DNA of 25,532 bases, taken from IMG/VR virus record IMGVR_UViG_3300031111_000035, positions 1-25,532 of that record; one strand, given 5' to 3'. The position numbers and the translations under genes were made by a program. Shown here piece by piece: positions 1 through 8,227 of this stretch; position 1 is the stretch's first letter; every line of letters begins with the position of its first letter. Source of the DNA: a virus (Duplodnaviria; Caudoviricetes). The notes beneath the pieces are model-generated. The model was not told the origin of the DNA. It did no database searches and worked only from the letters and a program-made list of their open reading frames with translations.

Positions 1-151
1 AATATATTTTTCACATTTTCCATTTTAAGCCCCCTCAGCCGCCTCCACCCCCCACCGTAGGTGAATACCCGGATTTCGCCCCGTTCGCGCCCCTACACCC
101 CTTAGAATGGTTCTGTCGGCAAATTGCAATGATTTGCGCGATTGAGTTGTG

Positions 152-179
152 TTGAGTAGATTATGAGTATGAGTAAAAT
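152..179 (+). promoter_or_regulatory. Possible sigma70-type promoter for the packaging operon
   Basis: TTGAGT (152-157), 16-bp spacer, TAAAAT (174-179). GGAGG RBS at 191-195 precedes the first ORF. Motif match only. Confidence 0.35.
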
Positions 180-205
180 TTACCCACTATGGAGGATTTT
201 GGGAT

Positions 206-805
206 TTGGCTCCACATCCACGAAACAAGAGTAAGTGGCGCGATGTCGAGACGACGCAGCAGCGTTGCAGTCGTTTGAAGGCTGAGAAGCGTTGGTCGAA
301 GTACCAGGCGTTGAAGAAGCGTCATAAGGAGGCGGGGATGACGTATGACGAGATCGATAATGTGTTGTTCCCTGTTTACGGTCCTGGCAGTTATGCGGTG
401 TTGCATGGTATTGATGCGCCGGCGCAGTGTGATGGCGATGTGAAGGGTGTGGTAGGCAGGGAGGTATTGCCGAGTGGTATTCCGTTTGAGGATCCGAAGT
501 ACTGGGTTGAGAAGAGGGGGAATCCGAAGACGAGTCGTTTGCAGGACATTGAATGGGTAGAGGAGGTGAAGTTGTTGAAGGGTGTTAAGCGGGACGATGC
601 TCCGAGTTTGACGGCGTGGGGTCATTATCGTGCGACGGTGATGACGGCGAAGGGCGAGGACAGGCATAATGATTTGGTGAAGGAGTTGTTGTTGCCGAGT
701 AAGAAGGAGCAGGCGCGTCGTGCGGGTGAGGAGAGCGAGGTAGAGTTGGACAAGGTTTTTGCAGATTGGTTGCGTGATGTGCAGGAGGGGGAGGAAGCGT
801 CATGA
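206..805 (+). CDS. Probable terminase small subunit (by position)
   Basis: 199 aa, basic N-terminus, TTG start with GGAGG 10 nt upstream. Stop overlaps the terL start (ATGA). No diagnostic motif; call rests on synteny. Confidence 0.55.
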   Translation: MAPHPRNKSKWRDVETTQQRCSRLKAEKRWSKYQALKKRHKEAGMTYDEIDNVLFPVYGPGSYAVLHGIDAPAQCDGDVKGVVGREVLPSGIPFEDPKYWVEKRGNPKTSRLQDIEWVEEVKLLKGVKRDDAPSLTAWGHYRATVMTAKGEDRHNDLVKELLLPSKKEQARRAGEESEVELDKVFADWLRDVQEGEEAS

Positions 806-2736
806 GTTTTAGTAGGTCAGACTATCGGTTTTACGACGGGGTTCCGAAGGACGTTGTTGCGAATGTGAAGTATCGCGAGCGTTTGATGCGGGAGTTGCAG
901 AGTCCTTCGGGTAGGAGTGAGATTCCGAAGATCAAGGCTGCGTGTGCGGCGGATCCGTTGTTCTTCGTCAACACGTTTGCGTGGACATATGACCCTCGTT
1001 TAGGGGATCAGGGGAAGAACCCTGTGGTCCCGTTTGTGACGTTCGACGTTCAGGATGAGCTGATTCATAATGTGTTCGAGTGTCTTGGGAAGTGTGACAT
1101 GTTGATCGAGAAGAGCCGTGATGTTGGGGCGAGTTGGTGTTGTTTGATGCCGATGTGTCACCAGTTCTTGTTTGAGTCGAACCAGCAGTTTGGTCTTGCG
1201 AGTGACACTGCGGAGCACGTTGACAAGACGGGGAGTAAGGACTCGTTGTTCTGGAAGATCGAGTTTATGTTCAGGCTTCTTCCGTGGTTTTTGAGGCCGA
1301 AGTACCTGCACAACGAGAGGATGCTGTTGAACGAGGTGAATGACAGCTCGATCCTTGGTAGTGCGGCTTCGGGGAACGCGTTTCGTTCTGGTCGGCATAG
1401 GGCAGTGTTACTTGATGAGTTTGCGTCATTTATTCGTTCGGACGGCTACGACATCCTTGCGGCGACAGCGGACGTGACGAACTCCAGGATATTCAACTCG
1501 ACGCCGAAGGGCACGGGGAATGCGTTTTTCGATGTACGCGAGAAGATCAGCAAAGGGTTCTCAGCGGACGGCAAGATACTTCAGATTCATTGGAGCGAAG
1601 ATACGAGGAAGAACGCGGGGCTCTATACGAACGGGAAGGGGTACAGACAGTTTTATCCGGGCGCCATGGATCATCACTTGTACACCGACGACAGCGTTGT
1701 GTTCCTGAAACACACGCCGAACGGTCGTGAAGTGCAAGAGATGCAGTTTGATTCAGATTACCAGTTCCTGACGGACGGCAAGCTCAGGAGTCCGTGGTAC
1801 GACAGGGAGTGCCGGCGCAGAGCGCATCCGATGCTCGTGGCGCAAGAGCTTGACATCGACTACCACAACAGCTCGTTCAGGTTCTTCGATGAGGGCGTCA
1901 TTCAGAACGTACTCAGCACGCAGAAGAGAGAACCTCTTGCTTTGGGTACGTTCACGTTTCACGATGACGATAGCGTCATTGCGTTTGATCGTGAGTCGAA
2001 GCCGCATTGGCAGCTTTGGTATCACGGCGTGGACAATGAGACCATGCGCCCGCTTGAATATATGCGGTGCGCGATCGCCGCTGACATCTCTGCCGGTACC
2101 GGCGCGTCGAACTCGTGCTTGAGCGTTGTCGATGTTGATACCGGTGAGAAGATCGCCGAATACGCGAACCCGTCGATCTCGCCGGAGAACTTCGGTCGGT
2201 ACGCGGTCCAGGTCGCACGGCTGTTCAACGAAGCGTTTTTGATCTGGGAGAACAACGGCCCCGGCCGGAACTTCGGGCAGAAAGTGCTTGACGCGGGCTA
2301 CGGTAAGATCTACCGCCTTCGCGACGATGTGTCGATCAAGCACAAGACGAGCGACATCCCTGGATGGCCGAGTTCGCCGGAGAAGAAGTTCGCGCTTCTT
2401 AGCAATTACCGCGACGCCCTGGCGCACGGTCTGTTCACGAATCCGAGCGAAGCGGCTATCCTCGAATGCAGGGAATACATCAACCTGCCTGGCGACAAGG
2501 TGGTTCATTCGGCAGCGAACAACTCGCTCGACCCGACCGGCGCCGGTAAGTCGCACGGCGACCGCGTGATTGCCGACGCCTTGGCGTGGAAGGCCGTGAC
2601 CGGGCTCAAACCGCAGCGGCTGCCGAAGGGTGACGCACAGATGAAGGCGAGGCCGGTACCGCAGCATAGCATGAAATCACGGATCATGCGGCGGGAAGAA
2701 GCAGAAAAACGAACTGAATTTAGAGTTTGGAGTTGA
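802..2736 (+). CDS. terL: Terminase large subunit
   Basis: Walker A variant IEKSRDVGAS, Walker B AVLLDEFA, coupling motif NSTP. RNase H-like nuclease motifs IAADISAG, WENNGPG and HGDRVIADALA. Lies directly before the portal. Confidence 0.93.
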   Translation: MSFSRSDYRFYDGVPKDVVANVKYRERLMRELQSPSGRSEIPKIKAACAADPLFFVNTFAWTYDPRLGDQGKNPVVPFVTFDVQDELIHNVFECLGKCDMLIEKSRDVGASWCCLMPMCHQFLFESNQQFGLASDTAEHVDKTGSKDSLFWKIEFMFRLLPWFLRPKYLHNERMLLNEVNDSSILGSAASGNAFRSGRHRAVLLDEFASFIRSDGYDILAATADVTNSRIFNSTPKGTGNAFFDVREKISKGFSADGKILQIHWSEDTRKNAGLYTNGKGYRQFYPGAMDHHLYTDDSVVFLKHTPNGREVQEMQFDSDYQFLTDGKLRSPWYDRECRRRAHPMLVAQELDIDYHNSSFRFFDEGVIQNVLSTQKREPLALGTFTFHDDDSVIAFDRESKPHWQLWYHGVDNETMRPLEYMRCAIAADISAGTGASNSCLSVVDVDTGEKIAEYANPSISPENFGRYAVQVARLFNEAFLIWENNGPGRNFGQKVLDAGYGKIYRLRDDVSIKHKTSDIPGWPSSPEKKFALLSNYRDALAHGLFTNPSEAAILECREYINLPGDKVVHSAANNSLDPTGAGKSHGDRVIADALAWKAVTGLKPQRLPKGDAQMKARPVPQHSMKSRIMRREEAEKRTEFRVWS

Positions 2737-2738
2737 TA

Positions 2739-4490
2739 ATGGCGTATAACCCGCTTTCGACAAAGAGCCTGCAAGACTTAGGCGCGGCAATTGACCGCTC
2801 GGCGGATCAGCTCAAGCCGTTCCGCAAGCATGCGTTTGACACGATGCAGATGTATGTCGGCAAGTACTACGGCGATAACGATAAGCGCGGTATGAAGCAG
2901 ACGCCGTTGAACCTCCTGCAACTTGCGGTCGACATCTATGTGCAGAGCATTGCCCCGGTCTGCCCGAAGTTCCTGGCAAGGCCCGTCGTGGCAGGGCTCA
3001 AGCGCCCGGCGTCCATGCTTGATCTCGCGCTGAACCATGTGGCCAACGAACTGAACCTCCGCGACGAGTTCCAGGAATGCGTGATGAACGCGATGTTCTC
3101 GATCGGGATTATGAAGGTCGGCACCGCCGCAATCGACGACGGCACATTGATTGATGCGACTCAGCCGTATGCGAAGTGCGTCAGCCTGGATGACTGGGTG
3201 CATGACACGACCGCGCGGCGGTATACCGAGTGTTCGTTCGCATCGAACAAGTACCGGATGGATTATGAGATGTTCAAGGAGAGCGGGCTCTACAAGAACA
3301 CTGAAAAGGTGTCGTTCTACGACGATCTCGACGTTGAGCAGCACGCGATCAAGCGGATCGGCGGGCATGACAACCTGTCGCAGTGCTACCGCAGGTCGGT
3401 TGAACTCAGGGACGTCTGGCTCCCGGCTGATGGGCTCGTCGTCACCATTCCCGCCAACGATTCAGCAGTGAATCTGAGGACCGTGGAATGGGGCGGCGTC
3501 GAGATCGGGCCGTATCACTTGCTCACGTTCGCGCCCGTGTCAGATAATGTGATGCCGGTCGCCCCCGTCAGCGCGATCCGCGACCTGTCAGAGCTTGCGA
3601 ATGATCTGATGATCAAGCTTGCCAACCAGTCGCGCCGGCAGAAAGACGTCACCGCATACAGCGCGACAGGCGCCGAGGACGCAAAGCGCGTCAAGGACGC
3701 CAACGACGGCGATATGATCGGGGTCACCGATCCGTCGCAGATAGCCCAGCTCAATTTCGGCGGAGCAAATCCGCAGACTCAAGCGATGCTCCTGCAACTT
3801 CGCGACTGGAACAGCTACATGGCCGGGAACCTCGACCTCCTCGGCGGCCTGAGCGCGCAGTCGCAGACGCTTGGCCAGGACCAGCTCCTCGGCGCGTCCG
3901 CCTCCAAGCGCATGGAGATCCTCCGGCAGCGGTACGAATCATTTGCACAGAGCGTCGGCAAAGCGGTCGCGAACGAGTTGTGGTACGACCCGATGATCGA
4001 CCTGCCGCTCGTCAAGCGGACGTCGAACGTCGGCCTGGAGATCCCAGTCCGGTTCAATGAGGAGTCGAAAGAGGGCGACTTCCTCGACTACAACATTAAT
4101 ATCGACCCGTACTCGACAACGCACATGTCGCCGCCGGAACGGCTGCAGATGCTCACCACACTCCTGCAGCAGGCGATCCTCCCAGCCATGCCGTTCCTAC
4201 AGCAACAAGGCGGGACGCTGAACATGGTGGAGTATCTCGACATCCTTTCGCGGTACGCCGATGCGCCTGAGCTGAAGAACATGATTCAGTTCCAGGACGC
4301 GCAGGCGAATAACCAACAAGACCCCATTAACCCACAACCCTCGTCAACGTCGAACGTGACGAGTCGCGAATACATCCGGCGAAACGTGCCGACCGGCGGG
4401 ACGCAGCAGAACCGTGACAATTTAATGGCTCAGGCTCTGCTCGGTCAGGACGATCAGCCGAAACAACAAGCGTCAATCATGCGGATATGA
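2739..4490 (+). CDS. Portal protein
   Basis: About 583 aa, directly after terL, with a Q/N-rich C-terminal tail typical of podoviral portals. Start moved to ATG 2739 because GGAG lies at 2729-2732. Confidence 0.85.
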   Translation: MAYNPLSTKSLQDLGAAIDRSADQLKPFRKHAFDTMQMYVGKYYGDNDKRGMKQTPLNLLQLAVDIYVQSIAPVCPKFLARPVVAGLKRPASMLDLALNHVANELNLRDEFQECVMNAMFSIGIMKVGTAAIDDGTLIDATQPYAKCVSLDDWVHDTTARRYTECSFASNKYRMDYEMFKESGLYKNTEKVSFYDDLDVEQHAIKRIGGHDNLSQCYRRSVELRDVWLPADGLVVTIPANDSAVNLRTVEWGGVEIGPYHLLTFAPVSDNVMPVAPVSAIRDLSELANDLMIKLANQSRRQKDVTAYSATGAEDAKRVKDANDGDMIGVTDPSQIAQLNFGGANPQTQAMLLQLRDWNSYMAGNLDLLGGLSAQSQTLGQDQLLGASASKRMEILRQRYESFAQSVGKAVANELWYDPMIDLPLVKRTSNVGLEIPVRFNEESKEGDFLDYNINIDPYSTTHMSPPERLQMLTTLLQQAILPAMPFLQQQGGTLNMVEYLDILSRYADAPELKNMIQFQDAQANNQQDPINPQPSSTSNVTSREYIRRNVPTGGTQQNRDNLMAQALLGQDDQPKQQASIMRI

Positions 4491-4501
4491 GAGGATGGAC
4501 C

Positions 4502-4711
4502 ATGGACATGGTAATTGAAAAACTGGTTACGGTGGTAGACAGCCCCCTAGGGCTGATTGCTATCGTACTGATCTTTGTGATCGCAAACAGGTTGTTCTCA
4601 CTCGAAGAATGGGTGCGAACAAACATGAGCGACACAATCAAGAACAACACGGAGGCCATCACCAAGATGACTGACCACTGCAAAGCGAGGAACGGTCGCA
4701 ACGATGCCTAA
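4502..4711 (+). CDS. Small single-pass membrane protein, holin-like (BhlA-type architecture)
   Basis: GAGGA RBS at 4491-4495 before ATG 4502. One hydrophobic segment (PLGLIAIVLIFVIA) followed by a short coiled coil (TIKNNTEAITKM). Stop overlaps the next gene. Confidence 0.5.
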   Translation: MDMVIEKLVTVVDSPLGLIAIVLIFVIANRLFSLEEWVRTNMSDTIKNNTEAITKMTDHCKARNGRNDA

Positions 4712-5069
4712 GTACGTATACCGAAAGGCTGACGGCGAAGAGATCGTTCTGACGATGACAATCGCGGAGCTTGAGGCGCGTCAGTTTGAAGGTGAGAACA
4801 AGAAGATTTTCATCGAGCTGGACGACGGCTCGTTGGCAAAACGCGTGTTCACCCCTGTCGGTGGACATCAATCGTCCGTCTGGCCAAAGCGCTCTTGCGC
4901 GGCAGGCGTGGCGGCAGCACAGGTCGCAGACGCCGAAAAGTACGACCGTGAGCACGGCGTGCCCACCAAGTACGACCCGAAGACCGGCGATGCGATCTAC
5001 ACTTCTATGGAACATCAACGCAGACACCTGAGGCATCACGGGCTTGTCGACCGCGATTCCTACTGCTAA
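4704..5069 (+). CDS. Hypothetical protein with FmdB-like N-terminus
   Basis: Begins MPKYVYR (compare the MPxYxYxC pattern) and contains KRVF. Sits between portal and scaffold. Confidence 0.55.
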   Translation: MPKYVYRKADGEEIVLTMTIAELEARQFEGENKKIFIELDDGSLAKRVFTPVGGHQSSVWPKRSCAAGVAAAQVADAEKYDREHGVPTKYDPKTGDAIYTSMEHQRRHLRHHGLVDRDSYC

Positions 5070-5087
5070 AAAAGGACGCCCCGAAAC

Positions 5088-6209
5088 ATGGCAGACAAAA
5101 ACCTCTACGACTGGTCGGCAAACGACGGCGCCGAGACCCCGGCAGCCGTTGAAGAGCCTGATTCCGCAGAACAGACGACAGAGACGCCGCAGGACAATGG
5201 CCCGGAAGAGCCGTCGCCTGACACGTTCTCTGTCGACGAGTCGCAGGTCAACACCCCTGAGAACGTGAACCAGGGATTGTTTGACTGGAGCGACGACATC
5301 GAGAAGGCGCGTAAACCGAACGCGGACGGCGACGGCCAGGAAGAGAGCGAAGACAAAAACACCGACGTCGATGACAATGATCCCGGCGCCGATAACGCAG
5401 CAGCCGATGACAATGATCCCGGCAGCAGCAATATGCCGACGCCTGCACCCGCAGTGATGGACCCCGGTCTGATCATGCGTGCAGGCAAGGCAGGGCTCAC
5501 AGCAGACGATCTGAAGGCGTTCGCGACGCCCGAGGCGTTGACTCAGGCTGTGATCCTGATGGAACGCTCTGCCCCAAGGCAGGGCGGTGACAGTGCAGCG
5601 GCTGAAGAGCCGACGGTTGACGAGTTCAAGCCATTCGAGCTTGAGATCCCGGAAGACTTCGACGACGAATCGGCCAGTGTTCTCAAGAAGATGCAGGAAC
5701 AGTTCAACATGTTCGGCAAGGCGATGCACGAAAAAGCGGCAGCCAGCGAGAAGGAGCTGAACGAGCTGAAAGGCACGATGCAGCAAGATCGCCAAGCCGC
5801 CGAACAACAGGCGCGTGTCGAGTTCACCAAGTGGTTCGACGGCGAGCTGAGCCAACGCGCTGACCAGTGGGGCGACCTGCTTGGCAGCGAACAAATCGGC
5901 CAGCTCCCGGACAACGACCCCAAGGTGCTCAACCGTCAGAAGGTTGTGATCGAAATGGACAACCTCGCGAGGGCGCATCCCGAATGGGATCGCAATCGTC
6001 TCCTGCAAGGAGCGCTGACGCTCACGTTCCCTGATGAAATCGAAAAACGCGCAGTCAGCAAGGTGAAGCAGAAGGCAACTCAACACCGGCAGAAACGCGT
6101 CACAGCACGGCCAAGCAGCCGAGTTCCTCAGAAAATTGAGGACATGCCGAAAGGCCGGGCAAAGGCCGTTGCTGTCGCGCAGAGCTGGTGGAAGAAAAAC
6201 TTCGGCTAA
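5088..6209 (+). CDS. Capsid scaffolding protein
   Basis: Acidic disordered N-terminus, central coiled coil, basic C-terminus. AAAGGA RBS. Directly upstream of the capsid gene. Confidence 0.75.
   Translation: MADKNLYDWSANDGAETPAAVEEPDSAEQTTETPQDNGPEEPSPDTFSVDESQVNTPENVNQGLFDWSDDIEKARKPNADGDGQEESEDKNTDVDDNDPGADNAAADDNDPGSSNMPTPAPAVMDPGLIMRAGKAGLTADDLKAFATPEALTQAVILMERSAPRQGGDSAAAEEPTVDEFKPFELEIPEDFDDESASVLKKMQEQFNMFGKAMHEKAAASEKELNELKGTMQQDRQAAEQQARVEFTKWFDGELSQRADQWGDLLGSEQIGQLPDNDPKVLNRQKVVIEMDNLARAHPEWDRNRLLQGALTLTFPDEIEKRAVSKVKQKATQHRQKRVTARPSSRVPQKIEDMPKGRAKAVAVAQSWWKKNFG
5369..5423 (+). repeat. 19-bp direct repeat, 2 copies, 36-bp period
   Basis: CGATGACAATGATCCCGGC at 5369-5387 and 5405-5423, encoding DDNDPG twice. 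Confidence 0.9.
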
Positions 6210-6245
6210 GCCGGCTGGATCGCGCTAACATAAGGCAACTGAACA

Positions 6246-7292
6246 ATGGCTATTGCAGCAGAAGCGATTGACGATCTCGTCAAATCAACACTGGAAAGCC
6301 TGCCGGACCCGAACTTCGGCATGATCGCCCAGGATCTGCCTGAGTACATCGTGATGAACCAATTGCTCCGCAGGGACGCAATCAAGTTCAACTCGACCGA
6401 AAACATGACGCACAAGCTGATGGTCGACCAGTCCCGCACCGCGGAACACGTCGGTCTCTACGCCGATGACGACCTCAGCGTGCAGGACAACCTCCAGAAC
6501 GTCGTCGTGCCGATGCGGCACACGACCAACAACTTCATCTACGACGTCACCGAGAAGGCAATGAACGAAGGCCCCGAACAGATCGTTGATCTGATCGGTA
6601 CCCGTCTCGTGGACATGATGCTCGGGCTCGCAGAGAAGTTGGAGCAGTCGTTCTGGAAGGCGCCGGACAACAGCGACGACGTGATAACCCCGTGGGGTAT
6701 CAAGTACTGGCTGAAGCCGGCCACGTCCAGCCGCGGTTTCAACGGCGGCGATATCACCGGGTTTTCTTCCGGTCCTGGCGGTCTGTCCTCGAACACGTAC
6801 ACCAAGTGGAAGCACTACAACGCTGTCTACGACGCGTTCACGGACAGCGACCTCGCCGCCGAGCTTCGCCGTGCGTTCCGCGCCTGCAAGTTCATGAGCC
6901 CGGTCAAGACCCTCAGCAATGACGGAGCCCAAGGTTCGCGGTACAAGCTGTTCTGCGGCGAAGAGGTGGTCGAAGGTCTGATCACCATGGCCCGCGCCCA
7001 AAACGACAACATCGGCCGCGACCTCGCGGCATACGACGGTACGGTGACGTTCAAGCGTCTTCCGTTCCAGTACGTACCGCAGATCGACGTCGAATGGTCA
7101 AGCGACTCGTACCCGATCTTTATGCTCGATACGAAGCATCTGAAGGTCATGGTTCACAGCAAGAACAACTTCCGGGAAACTGGCCCTGACCCAGTCGCCG
7201 GAAAGCACAACGTCCGCGCGGTCTTCACCGACCTGACGTGGAACGTGATGTGCACCGACCGTCGTCGTCAGGCGTGGATCAACCGCGTCTAA
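6246..7292 (+). CDS. Major capsid protein (HK97 fold expected)
   Basis: 348 aa after the scaffold, strong C/G third-position codon bias. C-terminal pattern IFMLD...WNVMCTDRRRQAWI is typical of podoviral capsid proteins. Confidence 0.85.
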   Translation: MAIAAEAIDDLVKSTLESLPDPNFGMIAQDLPEYIVMNQLLRRDAIKFNSTENMTHKLMVDQSRTAEHVGLYADDDLSVQDNLQNVVVPMRHTTNNFIYDVTEKAMNEGPEQIVDLIGTRLVDMMLGLAEKLEQSFWKAPDNSDDVITPWGIKYWLKPATSSRGFNGGDITGFSSGPGGLSSNTYTKWKHYNAVYDAFTDSDLAAELRRAFRACKFMSPVKTLSNDGAQGSRYKLFCGEEVVEGLITMARAQNDNIGRDLAAYDGTVTFKRLPFQYVPQIDVEWSSDSYPIFMLDTKHLKVMVHSKNNFRETGPDPVAGKHNVRAVFTDLTWNVMCTDRRRQAWINRV

Positions 7293-7363
7293 CTTCAGGC
7301 GATCACCAAATGGGTGGTTAGCTCAGCCACCAGAACGCAAACTCAAATTGAGGAATTGACATC

Positions 7364-8149
7364 ATGCCAATGGAAGCAAACTACAGAGACCAGTACCGTC
7401 GGAACCCGCGTCGCGTTCTCAGCGAAGCAGGTGAAGCAACGAAAGGCTATGCCTGCATGTACAACATGGACTATGGCACAGCCGCGAACGTCGATCCCGA
7501 GCGCCACAAGCGCGTCGAGGCTCCGTCGGTTACCAATAACCGGTTTTTCGCCGGTGTTCATTCGCAGGCCCTCACTCGGTCGCAGACGACCAAGATCTGG
7601 GAGCCAGGTCGCGGCGGTTCCGTAGCCCAGTGCTACATCGGCGAGGCCGTGACGCTCAACGACCGTGTGTCAGTCGACTACGCCACCGGCAAGTTCTACA
7701 AGGGCGGCCTGAGCGGCGGTCGCGGCGCAGGTACTGTGATGCAGACGCTCACCGAAGCCGGTCTCGCAGATGTGTTGCTGGACGAAGGCGTTGGTGAATG
7801 CGACGGCAATGCCGGTGTGTTCAACATCACCCCGGAAGCCGCCGGCGGCGCCATCGTGTTGTCTCAACGCGGTATGAACCTGATCAACGGCGGTACGATC
7901 AACGACGACCACGCTACCTTCACTCTCGCTGACGGCGTAGAGACGGGTCAGAAAGTCGGCTTCAAGATCACCACGCTGGTCGGCAACAGCAAGAATGTTG
8001 TCGTCACCGTGACTACCGGCGTCCAGGCGGATCTCGCGACCAACCTCGCAACGATCACACTCAACGCGGCGGATGAGATCGCGATCCTTGAGTGGCTCGG
8101 CGCGGAGTGGGTCTTGCGTTACTACGCCGGAGCAACGCTCTCCAGCTAA
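7364..8149 (+). CDS. Capsid decoration/cement-like virion protein, two domains
   Basis: Follows the capsid gene, GAGGA RBS, Gly/Thr-rich. C-terminal beta domain (TLADGVETGQ...TITLNAADE...LEWLGAEW). Confidence 0.55.
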   Translation: MPMEANYRDQYRRNPRRVLSEAGEATKGYACMYNMDYGTAANVDPERHKRVEAPSVTNNRFFAGVHSQALTRSQTTKIWEPGRGGSVAQCYIGEAVTLNDRVSVDYATGKFYKGGLSGGRGAGTVMQTLTEAGLADVLLDEGVGECDGNAGVFNITPEAAGGAIVLSQRGMNLINGGTINDDHATFTLADGVETGQKVGFKITTLVGNSKNVVVTVTTGVQADLATNLATITLNAADEIAILEWLGAEWVLRYYAGATLSS

Positions 8150-8168
8150 CCACAGACCTTCGGGGTCC

Positions 8169-8204
8169 GGTGTTGGGCCTGTACAGGTGTGCAGGTCCAG
8201 CACT
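8169..8204 (+). other. Intergenic RNA stem-loop
   Basis: GTGTTGGGCCTGTAC (8170-8184) pairs with GTGCAGGTCCAGCAC (8189-8203): 15 bp including 3 G-U pairs, 4-nt loop, no U-tract. Confidence 0.75.
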
Positions 8205-8227
8205 TACCCTGAAACAAGGATTGAAAT

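Noticed and set aside
4659-6086. 475-aa antisense ORF (also 161-667, 1753-2667, 6285-7001, 20046-20954, 24641-25363)
   Set aside because: These are shadows of well-supported + strand genes, expected from GC-rich codon bias. They show no protein-like motifs.
7280-7625. T7 10B-style capsid frameshift or readthrough extension
   Set aside because: The frame of the 7364 gene is closed by TAG at 7319-7321 and no slippery heptamer is visible. The in-frame 7314-7625 ORF overlaps a better gene.
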